Assembly: GCA_965235115.1 (NCBI GenBank)
Contig: OZ249436.1
Span: 39,062,001 to 39,126,000, forward strand
Origin: Laetmonice hystrix
Lineage: Eukaryota
Length of the DNA: 64,000 bases
Reading direction: 5' to 3'
Made by a program: the position numbers and the translations under genes. Shown here one piece after another: positions 1-11,826 of this stretch (position 1 is its first letter; every line of letters starts with the position of its first letter). A model generated the notes under the pieces. That model had not been told where the DNA came from, made no database searches, and saw only the letters and a list, made by a program, of their open reading frames with translations.

Positions 1-1217
1 GTTTCAGTTCACTAACACACCAACAGACTGTCTGACCTGACGACAGACTCAATGTTTTCAAAAAGTGCTTCAATAAAATTATCTGGCTCCATCGGACCGT
101 CCCGCTTTCTCGGGAGTTGTCTTAGAGGTTGGACCAAGAAATATGAGGAGCCAGATACTGTTTGATTCTGGACATGTCACCATCCTTATACCAAAATACC
201 AATGGAGGTTTCATATTTGTATTCCTACCTTTATTTTACTATAATGCCAATTACAGCATTCACACGATTTAATGATTTACTGGTGACCGGAAATGAAATG
301 TACACTTGGGGCATGAAGTCTAACAAAATAAGATATGGCACACATAAATATGGTGCCTCCCACACATCACACCGGCTAACATGCCTTGGATTTCTCCACT
401 CCAGTGTTAAAATTAAACTCATACTCTATGTTCTAAGTCTATGTGTAGACAATTAGACTTATGTGTCAGTCCCTGGCTTAGGCTATTAGCTGCCTAAAGT
501 TCACTTAGATCACTTACACTGGCCAGGCAAACCCTGTGACTTCATGAAAGTTCTTGTCATACTTAGTGTTGCAACCATGCCCATGGACTCGGTCACTTGT
601 GTCAACCTGCCAAGGAGGCGTGCGCCCCACCTCAAACATTTCATTGCTATTACCGGTATGGGGCACCGTTTGACGCACCACCTAGCCTGGGACTAGTAGG
701 AGGTTTTGTTTACACCAAGTGGCACACTACACGTCTACACAGTACAACACAGATCACCATAGCCAGGCGTCTCTCATGTATAACAACATGGGTTGTCAGT
801 AACCGGCCTTAGAGAATGCTCTTTCGTTGATTTTGACAATTTGAATGGTAAACTCGTGTTAAACTGTTTGGGTTAATAGGCAACTCAAGGCATTCATAAT
901 GGCAGCATCGAGTTCGCCCTGTTTCTCATGAATCAGTAAATTGCAATACTGGAGCGCCATCTTGTGTGGAGGACATTTCGCCAACAGATGGCGCCACCAA
1001 TCTGTAACTGGGGGGGGGGGGGGGTTGAGGTGTATGAGACAGCTGGTAGTGACAAATGACTGCAACCTAGGTGAGTAGCACAGGTTGGCAACATGTAAGG
1101 AATTGCAAGATATCTAAGCGAGAATTTATAGTAAACTACTAACAAATTATTCCATGTAAAGTAACATCAATTGGTAACATTCGCCAGATATTATACTACC
1201 ACTGCATGCACAACAGA

Positions 1218-1559
1218 CATACCTGCCAACATTTGGTCAGCGGAATCCGGAATCATCCCAAATTGACCTTTGATATTCTCTCTAAATAACTTATATGGGC
1301 CCCCTTTTTTTTATCCATCTCTATCTCTTCCTCTCCATTACTGACAGAAAGCACAACTCTGATTTAGCAGGGACCATAAACGATCTTTTTGCCGGTGAAA
1401 CTCTGCCATGAGCGAGAGATTTAACATGTATTTGGAGGGAATCTATACTTATTCTGTAAATTTTATGATTCCGTAATATTTAGAGAGTAATGCGGAATGC
1501 GGAATACCTCATTCAAATGCGGAAAGATTCCGCAAAATGCTGAAGGGTTGGCAGGTATG
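1218..1559. mobile_element. MITE with 6-bp TSD (hAT-like)
   Basis: Perfect 13-bp TIR CATACCTGCCAAC/GTTGGCAGGTATG, flanked by AACAGA on both sides. Confidence 0.8.
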
Positions 1560-1904
1560 AACAGAGAACCACTCATTGTGGGCCCATAGTTAGAAGTTCA
1601 CCCAAGCTGAGGTAGGGAAAACAGATTCCATGGGGGGTGGGGGCAGGGGGTCAACAGCTTCCTTCCTGTCCACGCTGTCCCCTCCTGCTATTTTTGCCAT
1701 CAGGTAATAATCTCCCATACAAAAGGCTGTGCAGGAAATAGCAATGGGTGAAATAATTATGGAGAATCAATCGGGGGGGGGGGGGGGGGGGAGGAGCATT
1801 GCTGCCGAGTTTTGTTTTTTTTGCAACTGTCGTTTAGTTTTATACCCTTTTACTTGGAGGTAGAATGTTGTCACAGACACCTACAAATATTCATGATCCA
1901 GTAC

Positions 1905-1953
1905 CTGAGTGAACAGCTTCCTCCATGTCGACATTGTCCCCTGCTCCTGCCAT
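1905..1953 (-). CDS. Probable first coding exon (MAGAGDNVDMEEAVHS-) of an unidentified gene continuing leftwards
   Basis: Acceptor cacttttcAG (1976-1975), start context AACATGG and donor CAG/GTACTG (1904) define exon 1974-1905. A promoter-like region lies upstream at about 3430-3715. No homology recognised. Confidence 0.35.
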
Positions 1954-2396
1954 GTTTATCATCAGAAAAAGTAACTGAAAAGTGCAAAGAAAATATTCTC
2001 TCAAGTACATGTACGCCATTTTACATGACTCAGTTGGGATTCAACAATGCCTTGGCCTATTAGTTTACCTCGTATTTTTACAAATGTGGCCTGCAGATCA
2101 TAAATCATTCCCAAGCCCCCAGCTCCCAGTTTTTCTTGCTATTTGAATACATGTAGTCGAAAACCGTCTGCTAAAATTGGGATCCAGCCATATGGTTGAT
2201 AGACTGGCAAGTAGGCTCTTCACTCGCCCCTTGGGCATAGAACAGCTATGAATTAACTGCCCAATTTCATAATGAAGTTGAATATCTAAAATGAAACACT
2301 CTTTATCTACAGTACACTGCTTCAGAGTAAAACATCTAGGTAATAGAATTAAAACACAAACAGACATGTATCACTTGCCTTGGCTTACACAGGTAC

Positions 2397-2774
2397 CAGG
2401 GCTGTCAACATTTAGGGATCATGAATGCGGGAGACTCCCACCCACCCAGCCCGCCGGTGCCCGAGCGCGCCGCAGGCACGAAGTACGACTATACAAGAGT
2501 GCCAAAGGTGCAAAGTCCAAAGCCTAGCTAGGGGGGTCTGGGGGCATTCTCCTCAGAAAATTTTGAAATTTAAGGTGTAGGGCCTACTGTGGTTACATTT
2601 GGTGCATTTTGGAGTACAAAATAAGGTCCATGACTAGTATATAAATATATGGTATGGTTCTATGCTCACTCTACGGGCGATTTTGTGAGTGCAGCAGGTG
2701 AGCGGGAGAGTAGTGCTGATTGTGGGCCTTTTTGTGGGGGTCACCCACTCAATGCGGGAGAGTTGACAGCCCTG
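2397..2774. mobile_element. MITE (hAT-like termini)
   Basis: Perfect 13-bp TIR CAGGGCTGTCAAC/GTTGACAGCCCTG and subterminal AATGCGGGAGA repeats. No TSD seen. Confidence 0.7.
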
Positions 2775-2906
2775 CTGTCCTGTTGTTGTGGTTGTACTAA
2801 GTTGTAGTAATCCCTAACTGTTAATTAGTAATTAGAATTTAAGTTAAAGAATAATAATAATGGTACTGCCTACCGGTAGGCCTACTTTAATTTAGCAGCA
2901 AACGAT

Positions 2907-3151
2907 TGGTTGGCTGGCTAGCTGCTGGTTGAATAAGCGAGAAACCCTGAGCCTGCTATTCATCCAGCGGCTGGTTAAATAAAAGATAACTGCTTCATTG
3001 GTTGGTTGACCAGCCGCTGGTTGAATAAGACACTCTAATCCTGCTATTCAACTAGCCACTGGTTAAATAAAGTAACCTGTCCCTCCTATTCAACCAGCCG
3101 CTGGTTAAAGAACCCTGAATCTTCTTATTTAGCCAGTGGCTGGTCAAATAG
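2907..3151. repeat. Array of about 6 quasi-palindromic 25-bp units
   Basis: Consensus TATTCAACCAG-CCG-CTGGTTRAATA, separated by 15-25 nt linkers that are partly related to one another. Confidence 0.7.
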
Positions 3152-3429
3152 ACTCTGCCTTAATAAAAATTAGATAGATAACTTTAGTATAATACATAAC
3201 ATAGTCATAGCTACCGTACCAGACAAACAGAAGTGCCTCCGCGTCCGAGAGCCCGAACCCAATCTGCGGCTGTGACAGGACAATCAACTCCGATTCTACG
3301 GTTTGTTTGAGACACTGCGAGTGTGTGTCGTGGACACCCTTGGGTTGGCTCCACCACCCCGGTCCACACCTTGCCTGTCAATGTGGCAGTGCCAGTGGTA
3401 GTGGCCACGTCTAAGATCCAATCAGTCAC

Positions 3430-3715
3430 CTGTCAACGTCAACGACAACGGCCAACGCCAGATCGAGTTCGGTTCTCCGTGGCTGTCAGACAACTTAAGT
3501 ACGACTGTCTGCAGTGGTTATAACCGGCTCAGTCTGTCACCACTTGTCATACGTCTTCATCGGGTAAATTCCCAAGGTGTGGCAATCATCGAAACCTCTA
3601 ACATAGACTTTCGATAGATTGCGATGAGACGACATGAATCAGTTTCGTGTATGACAGGGCGCCGCCATGTTGTCAATACCCGGATGACAGCTTTTTTGAC
3701 TGCCACCTAGTGGTT
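3430..3715 (-). promoter_or_regulatory. Probable promoter and non-coding first exon of the left-hand - strand gene
   Basis: CpG-rich patch, YY1-type AACATGGCGGC (3671-3661), CTCF-like CCACTAGGTGGCAG (3713-3700) and candidate donor CAG/GTGACT at 3429. Confidence 0.4.
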
Positions 3716-4323
3716 AATAAGGGTACCAATACTAGTAGGGACCGATCCCGCATTCTTTTCCCTCGAAATTCTTACAATATTCCTGCAACTACCCACCTTT
3801 CACGGAGAAAGCGAGCTAAATAGATATACATAAATAGATAGATAAATACAGCAGGATCGATAGAGAAATAGGTACAGACTTAGGAGAGAGACACGACTGT
3901 TAGAAGTAAATATTTGGCAAAATATTTTATTATCAAGAATAATGGTCAGGCAACTGGTAGGATACTATAAAAATATGATATATATACATGTATTGCTTAT
4001 AAGGACGTAAAAGCACATTTCTGAGGAATCACCATCAGCGATGGGGATCTTGACTGTTACTGGGGTATGAAGACCTTGCAGAATGATCAGAAAGGACTTA
4101 TTCAATGTTTCTGTCCTAAAAATATACTTCCCTTGACAATCTTAGTACTGGCAAAGGAACGATTTGTTTGATCTGATTAATACTTCAATAATATTTTGAA
4201 CATTGTATCACCTACTCTTATACATACTTATAAAATCGTTAAAACTGTTGACTGCCTCTCTCCTTTCCTGTTTCAGGAAGAATAATATAAAACATAGAAT
4301 TTCAGGGTAATATCTTTATTTTA

Positions 4324-7300
4324 CTAAATATCAATTATTACAAAACATTCATGTTTATCGTTATCATAAATCTGCATATTAGAATAGGTAATTGCTTTGA
4401 CTTCTGTTCCCTGAGGATGTTTCCCAATTATAAACTCTTCTCCATATCTGGAAAGAAAATAATTAAGTCAGTAACCTCACAATTAGGGTTGTTTTTTTGA
4501 TGGTGGAAATGTCTTCAAACCACTGGCTATGCTTCCGGCGATATTCTGGCTTAATGCCTCAAAGCATCATCCTTCACACCATTAGGCCCACTATTACTGT
4601 TATTTTTTTTCAAGGAATTTCTTTAAAATACCAGAATTAGAGGGCAACAATAAATTTATGAGTTTTTTTCTATATCATACTAGATAAAAACGTCGTTTTC
4701 CTTCATGGATGAACACTGATGTTCCCCTCTGCTACTGGAAATGACCTGTGGGTTTGGTGTGTGCTAAATTTAATGCAATGCATGGGGGGGGGCGGACTAG
4801 GCTTTTGTTTTATGGGGGGTTGGGGTGTAAATTTAGTGTCAGGAATGGTGTAACCACATACCCTGTTGCTTTAATCTTGAAGTTCTCTTTGTCAAACTCT
4901 GTGATTTTGATTTTCTAGAAAAGGAGCAAAGGCAGACGACGTTATTAAATTAAAGTAAGACCACTGAAGAATCAATTCACCATTTATACAGTGAATTAAA
5001 CTTAACAGATAAATAGTAATAGAACAATGGAAAATAGCATCAGAGAGCCACAAATTATTGGGAGCTCTGTGGCTATTCTTAAAATCCAAGACAAAATGTT
5101 AAGGTTTGAGCCTGATAGAATCTTACTGAAAACTCAAGAGCAACCAAAACTGATTCAACAAAATTTAATCTAGTTATTGTATTTCAAACTCACCCTAGCT
5201 ATGAAGAAAGGCTCAGCAGAGAACAAGAACAGAAATTCATCCAGCAGATGGAAGAGTAGTGACATCATATCATGACCTGAAATGAAGCAAGTCAACTCAT
5301 CTACGGGAACAGATTTGTTTGATTTCTGAAGAAAACTTTAATTACACCTCTGACAGCAGGGTAATTAATTCATGGTAACTTCCCCACGGAATTTTTAAGC
5401 AGGGGTTAGGGTTAAGGTCGGGGATGGGGATATGTTTTTGGGAGGTCTAGGGACCAGGGTTAGAAATAAGCTCAGGGCTAGGGATAGTGATAGATCTTTA
5501 CTTCTGACCAAACTTCATGGGGTTAAGTTACCCAACTTCATGGGTTTAAGTTACCATGAATTATATACCAACAGCAGTTATTTCAATGCCATCCCTTTTT
5601 TTAAAAATAGTTACTCTCATTATCTTTCGAACTTACCACAAGGCATGTATGACACACAAGAAGAACATTTTATGTTATTAGCATTCCAAAATATCCAGAG
5701 TTTTACAACCTCTTCTTTAAGGAGAGCTTTTTAAAACATGGCCAGTCTTACCTTCAGCTTCTATTTCTTGTGTTTCTAGCATCTCCACAGTGTCAAAATC
5801 AGTCGTCATGTAGCCAAACATTGCAGAAACAACCTGTTCAAACGCCTCTTTCAAATCATCACCCCCTACCATAGGTTAAGGAATCTACCATACTGTATCC
5901 ATGTAACATGTGCTGGCTGCTGCTGGGACACCCGGCCCACCCAGCCCACCCGGCCCACCCAGCCTACCCGCCCTGGCTGCCTCTAGCCTAGCCCTAGGCC
6001 CACTGACAACCCTGGCCTCGATTGATTCAGGATCGGTCCTCTCACTTGCTAGCAGACAGCAGCATGCGCATGCGCAAATCGGTTGAGACTGGAACTATAA
6101 GACACTGTGACATCAACAGACTTCCAGACAGTACCACAATGGCAGCACTGCTGAAGTGGGTGCTTTTGATGGAAATATCATGTTCGACATATGAATTCTC
6201 GGAAGGGAGGGTGGGGGATTTATTCCCAGACACTAATGTGGAAAGTTAGTATACATGGAGGCCTAGCTTCAGTTTGAGTGTCCATGCTGTTGATAGGTTT
6301 GAGAGGATCTACTCCTTTAATTCATAGCTAGAGCTTTAGGAAAAGGATACATGCATGCAATCTGTGTTGAAAAACAAAACAGAAATCATTACAATACAGA
6401 ATCAACATGTAGTAGAAATCAATTATTTTGTCAATATCATGAATATGTGAATGTTCTTAGTCAATGGGTATTGATTTTGTACATCTTCTTGAAATTTTAT
6501 TATGATTTATCGTAATATATAATCATGGCCTTACAAACCTAATAAAATTATATAACCCACAAATTTAGGCTTATATAATGACAATGTTGATATATACTCA
6601 CTGAACATCTGCTGTGTGGTCCAAATCTAGGAAAAACATAACAATAAAATGAACCACAGTACCAATTTCAAATGATACAAAAAATTAATAAAAGTCTAGG
6701 ACATTTCCAAGACATTTAATACATTTTTCAGGATGTTATCTTAATACGTACAAGCTTCTTTATTGGCTGTTAAATATTATTTTATTAGGTTCTGGCAGAA
6801 CAAAAATACCAGCATGTCTAATTTTCGAGGCATTTTTCACTTTTCCCCCTGCCCTTAGAACCCAGAACTTTTGAGATTATTTCAGAAATATTAGCAATCA
6901 ATCGTCATTAGTATAATTAATCTTTAGGGATTTCATGTTTTGAAATGCTTTTTTCCAGGATATTCCAGCATTATTTCAGGACCACTAGACTAGTGTTTTC
7001 CCACGGCATTCCAGGCCTGGAAAATAAAAACTGAAAATTCCAGGATTTCCACAAATGAAAAACAGCGCATACTTTTGACGCTGCAATTTAACATTGAATT
7101 TGTGCCAGATACTGAGATAGGAATTGCGTTTGTGCTCATCGGCTCTTCTCGCTACTCTCAACACGTGACATGGTGACACTGCACTTCCACTATCACTTAT
7201 TCAAGCTATTGTCTTATCAAGTTATCAGGCACTGACGTTAGCCTTACCCCGCTACTCCCTTCCTGGCCTTGGGCCTAGGCCTGGGCTTGGCCTTGGCCCA

Positions 7301-7611
7301 AGGCTTGGGAATTGAATGAATCACCCGGCCAATCCCACTCAGCCTCAGCTCAGCCTCAGCTCAGCCTCAGGGCCACTGGCACTGCACTTTCACTTCGCAC
7401 GTGTTTAACTTTAGGCCCATGTCAGATATAATCTAGCCTACATAAATAATCTACAATTTATGTCATGACCATATCTAGACGTCAACGGCTAGACTATATC
7501 ATATCATATGCCCTTCGTCACCCTCGCCATACATTATCACTCACATTCATACTTAACCGGTGGAACTGTCTCTCCTTCCAGAGTCCTTTTCTCCGTCGTG
7601 TCGCCATCCAT
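4324..7611 (-). CDS. ZBTB8OS: Archease (cofactor of the RtcB tRNA-splicing ligase); complete, 7 coding exons, 158 aa
   Basis: Exons 7611-7545, 6626-6602, 6361-6351, 5865-5752, 5276-5194, 4914-4862 and 4447-4324 splice to 477 nt: MDGDTTEKRTLEGETVPPVKYEYLDHTADVQLHAWGDDLKEAFEQVVSAMFGYMTTDFDTVEMLETQEIEAEGHDMMSLLFHLLDEFLFLFSAEPFFIARKIKITEFDKENFKIKATGYGEEFIIGKHPQGTEVKAITYSNMQIYDNDKHECFVIIDI*. It has the archease signatures DHTAD, EVKAITY and terminal IIDI. AATAAA on the - strand at 4320-4315 and 3931-3926. Confidence 0.96.
5360..5569. mobile_element. MITE with internal telomere-like repeats (family copy 1)
   Basis: TIR TAATTCATGGTAACTT/AAGTTACCATGAATTA, internal GGGTTAGGGTTAAGG, flanking ACAGCAG duplication. 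Homologous to 40791-40980 in the opposite orientation. Confidence 0.75.
5866..6350 (-). other. U12-type (minor spliceosome) GT-AG intron in archease
   Basis: 5' splice site GTATCCTTTT (6350-6341). Branch site TTCCTTAAC (5883-5875) ends 9 nt before the intron end. There is no polypyrimidine tract. Confidence 0.92.
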
Positions 7612-9033
7612 GGTTTTGAGTTAAAATTGACGAAGTACACGACCACTCCTCTACCCGTAAACACTCAAGTAGTTCCGCCCCTTACCACCAGAGGACAGTG
7701 CAAAGTATCCCCAGTGCTGAAAACTTGACCACTTGGTCCATTTATTTATTTGTTCTATTTTAATGTTAGCCTTTAATAAATTTATCCTGAGTACTGTCAA
7801 GATCTCTGCTGTCATCAAGTCAGGCGCCCAGCTCTGTAGGAGATACTACAACACCAGAAGAGGAGATCCTTGCTGGATTGAGCTGGCAAGGTGTGTCACT
7901 GACTGGTCCCCGGCTCAACTCCTATCGGAGATAGAGACCGGTACACAGCAGCGCGTTAGCCCATTTCATTGGCCGAAGAGCGACTTGCTCTCATTGGCGC
8001 ACACCGCTGACTGGTTCCCTGCTCAACTCGGGCCAGTCAGCGCACACCGATGCCAAATTTTTTTTTCTACGTCTACTGATTGTGACGCGATAATATCACC
8101 ATGGTTCCTAAGTCTACTGATTGTGACGTGACAATATCACCATGGTCGTACGGCCTGTTGCTAAGTGATCTGTCGTTCCGGTTGTCTTTTTTTTTTTGAC
8201 GTCACAACTCCCAAACGGGCAGAAATCTGCCCGTTTTTGCTGGTGTGTACCTGTCTGTATCTCCGACCGCGGGAGGAAAACAGCAGGGGACCAGTCAGGG
8301 TGTGTCAGAAGTGAGGAGCCATTCGGGACTCCCTCGGGCATATGACGTCACTTCCTGCTATTCGAATATACCCTCGGGTGGAATAGCGGCCATGTTTGGC
8401 AACCAGATACACCGCCAAATGGAGGTGTGTAGCGAGGCACTGAGTGAACCGTCATATCCCATCGAGCCAGGAAGTAGTGCATTATTGACACCCGCTCCTT
8501 CGGCGTTGTATGTGCAAATATAAATTTCTGGTATGAAGGGGAACGTTTGAAGAAGAAAAATGAATCACCCAATTTACCTAAATGGGCGTCAATACGGTAA
8601 TTTATTAAATTCTGGGAAGCAATATGGCCGCGCCCATGTACGACACGCGTACGACACTGGCCCGACACATGGTAGGACTACTTGTAATCATGTTGTAATT
8701 TAAGTTGTATCATGACATGATACTATTGTAATATTGCCCACTGACTTCGGGGAAAGCATTGTAGGCCTATTTTAGTTGCTTCCATGCCTGATGCAGACAA
8801 AATACTGCAAGCACTGCCATGCTGTCGAGAGTCCCGGCTAAATGTACCCGAGATGCAATGCTCAAAATGGCACCTGTTTCACCCGAGGCTACTTTCGAAG
8901 ATATGGCCAAGGATTCCCGAATGGTGAGGAGCTTGGAGCTCAAGCTGAGGTCTTCCGCTTCCGTGTTGTTTCCCGGAAGTCCATTTACTGTCATGCGCGG
9001 CTACTGTAAACAAGAAAGATGGTGGCCGAGCAG
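7612..9033. promoter_or_regulatory. Divergent (head-to-head) promoter region of archease and HERC1, with probable HERC1 leader exon ending at 9033
   Basis: CpG-rich. GC box 7675-7680, overlapping CRE/ETS TGACGTCACTTCCTG 8343-8357, CTTCCGCTTCCG 8952-8963, CCGGAAGT 8973-8980, YY1-like AAGATGGTGGCC 9016-9027 and donor CAG/GTAACC at 9034. Matching acceptor at 13690-13691. Confidence 0.6.
7899..8298. mobile_element. Degenerate inverted-repeat element inside the divergent promoter
   Basis: About 55-bp imperfect inverted repeats (CTGACTGGTCCCC...TCGGAGATA.AGAC.GGTACACA.CAGC), an internal 35-bp direct duplication (8072-8106 and 8112-8146) and an 11-bp stem hairpin at 8213-8236. Confidence 0.55.
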
Positions 9034-9339
9034 GTAACCGAGTTGGGGTGACAACCTTATAGGTCTCCGTGTGTCTCGTTGGAAGGCATTAATATCAAGG
9101 TAATTAAATTATTGCCAGCGAAAATGCCAAGCGGGATTCCTAATTCCTGCGGTCAACGGCGTGGCTCATGAGCAAAGTTTTCAGCGTCAGCGAGACTGAG
9201 TGAATGAGTGTTAACTTGAATCAGTGTTGTCTGACTCTGAGTCATTGAGTGAGTGTACACTGTGACACTACACTACAGTAACAACAGTACAGACGCTGCG
9301 GCCTGCAGGCTGCAGTGCAGCCTGGCCAAGCTGTGCAGT

Positions 9340-9684
9340 TGCCGGTGTCGCGGTCTCAGATCTCCGTGGTCTCAGATCTCCGGGAGGTTAGCTGCATCGC
9401 CGTGTGTTCTAGTCTAACTATCCGAAATATCAGCTCTCAGTTGAGTCACACGTAATAACTCTCATCTCCTCTACGATACTTGGTTTACAGTTTACCTATC
9501 CAGACTGTCCTTTAGTCTTGTTTGGAAGAAAACTCCACTGCCCATCAGCTAGCAGACGACCGGAGGTGTGAGCCCAAACAGCGACTCGCGCGTGCTCACT
9601 TAGTCAGATTCAGCATCTAAACAATAGGAAACCATGCCCCCGGAGTTCTGAGACCAACGGAGATCTGAGACCGCGACACCGGCA
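9340..9684. mobile_element. MITE with about 45-bp TIRs
   Basis: TGCCGGTGTCGCGGTCTCAGATCTCCGT(T)GGTCTCAGA.CTCCGGG is inverted at both ends. No TSD seen. Confidence 0.75.
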
Positions 9685-9784
9685 TCGCGATGTGACTTGA
9701 GTGAGAGTGTGACTGCTAGTGTCAGTCGGAGGCATGAAAGAAAACCACAGGCCTGTCAACGCTGTCCTACTTGCTTGCTCAAAG

Positions 9785-10147
9785 TTAATGGGGTACCTTG
9801 ACGCCGCGTTTTCCGCATGGCGGCAGCACTGTGCAAGCGGTTCTGAAAGAGACATTTTAGCATAGAATTAGATAGGCTGATATCTGCTAATCTGTGGCTG
9901 GTTGCCATACCGACATTTGTTCTAAAGAGGTATGACAATTTTTAGACTTCTTTCATTCACTTTAGTCCATATGAGTTAATATTATTTAGTAATGAGGTCA
10001 TTAGGTCATCCTAGAGCACATTAGCATTTCGTCGTCCTATCTAAGCTTGTGCTAATGTACTCCAGCAAGGACTGATGTGCAGGTGCTGACGCCTTGCGGA
10101 TTTGACTGGAAATCCCCATTGCGCATGCGTCTAATGTACCCCATTAA
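9785..10147. mobile_element. MITE bounded by TTAA
   Basis: TTAATGGGGTAC..GACGC and GCGTC..GTACCCCATTAA. Confidence 0.6.
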
Positions 10148-10373
10148 GGTTTTGGCTAGAGATTGCGGATTGGGCCATATTTTTGGGGAAAATACTGCTG
10201 GACGTTCTGATTATTCAGAATACCATGATGATTGAATCATTGATTGAATAATAAGTAAATTAAATGTCACTTTTGACATGGACATCTTTTGGTGTGCTCC
10301 ATAGCCTAGGGCTAGGTGAGATGGGACATCCGATGATCCGGGCATTTGCGGGTGGTGCTGTGGTAGCAGCTTA

Positions 10374-10594
10374 CAGGCCAGATTTTAACTTAAGACGCGA
10401 ACGATCATTTCGTTCGCGTGTCGTTCACCTAAAATTGAAAGACCAAGAACGAAAATCCGTTCACCTGCAAATTTTGCAAGCCTGAGAGTGAGATTAACAG
10501 GCGAACGGTCGTTTTGTTCGCCTGTCGGTTACCTAAAATAAAAAACAGGTAAACGAAAAATGGGTTACGCAAGTTTCCCTTAACATCAGGCCTG
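10374..10594. mobile_element. MITE with 6-bp TSD
   Basis: Imperfect TIR CAGGCCAGATTTTAA/TTAACATCAGGCCTG, with AGCTTA on both sides. Confidence 0.7.
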
Positions 10595-11670
10595 AGCTTA
10601 GCAACAAGTGAATACAACCCCTGACTATCACTATGCATGTCACGTAAAGGGTCAGGGCGGCCGTGTTTGGTAATTATGATAAACCCAATAATTCTTAGTT
10701 TCACGCTGACACCGCTTGCTGTTAGCGAGAATGGCGGTGGCCATCTCGCTTGGTGAAAACAAGGACATCGTACACATTGAACGTTGTTAGAATCAAGTGG
10801 AATATTGAAGTCCCATGTCTATAAAAGCTAGTAGTGGTACAGACATCGCAATTAACATGAAATTTTGACTTTTTTGTGAACATGAACTGTCTGTAATCCA
10901 TGATCAGAATAACCAATTCTCCTGGCCATCTGTCTGCCAGTCACCTTCCCTCCAGGGCCCACCTGCCCGCACGTCATCACGGGCAGCGCGTGATTCAAAT
11001 TGTCAATACCTTTACAAATGTTACTTTCTGAGAGAATTTATCAGAAAAACCTATCCTGGACACGTTGCTGTTGTGAGCGTGTTATTTTCACCCACTAGAA
11101 GTATAACCAGGGAGTGACAAATCCCTAAGTGCCCGGATGATGAAACCATGAATAGAATGTTTTAGGCTGAAAGTAAAGTCAGTCCTAGAAAGTGGGGGTA
11201 TATTTATGCCTGTATTCCTGACAGGAAAGGAACATTAACCAAGCCCTGAGCCTAAACCTATTCATCATTTTAACAATTCTGGCCAACCCAGGAAAGGTAC
11301 TACCTCAAGTACCTGTTTCACATAAACTTGTTGTTTCTTATATTAGCGGAATATATGTAGTCTAGAATCCACAATTGAATGTGTCCTTTTTAATTAGATA
11401 GGCCTATCTAATCAATTAAATCATCAATAGCCAGATATGTGAGTCAGTGAGAACATGCAAGTCAAACTGAAATGCAGCCTTCCCTGCTGGGTCTGATCAT
11501 ATTCATAGCAACATGTTTCAAGGTTTTGTGGGTTTATTCCATCACGTTTGACTTTGTAGGTCAGTTATTGCATTCTCCACAGCCGGATCATGACTGAGTC
11601 CCAAGCATCAACTGTGAACCTGTCGCATGACCAGACCCTGCATACTGCTCAGTTGCAGAATACACTTGAC

Positions 11671-11826
11671 CAGCCCTCAAATTAGAAGTTGAAAGGGGCA
11701 CAGCAAAAACTGCCGTCGACATAAGAATCAACGTCAGATTTTTCCACGGCACGGCGGCAAATTTACGATACATGGAAAAGGCACGACGGCAAATGCCGTC
11801 GATGCCGTCGTGTAATTCGAGGCTTG
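11671..11826. mobile_element. MITE with 6-bp TSD
   Basis: Imperfect TIR CAGCCCTCAAATTA/TAATTCGAGGCTTG, with CTTGAC on both sides. Confidence 0.7.

Noticed and set aside
1010..1791. Long poly-G runs as functional G-quadruplexes
   Set aside because: Such homopolymers are scattered throughout the window, often in repeats, and nothing indicates a specific function.
2907..3151. CRISPR-like appearance (palindromic repeats with spacers)
   Set aside because: The context is a spliced animal locus, the repeats are degenerate, the linkers are short and related to each other, and there are no cas genes.
3537..3668. Selenocysteine readthrough of the TGA between the two in-frame uORFs
   Set aside because: There is no selenoprotein-like sequence and no SECIS element I can identify.
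11130..11175. C/D-box snoRNA candidate (ATGATGA...CTGA)
   Set aside because: Too short, with no terminal stem or recognisable rRNA antisense element.
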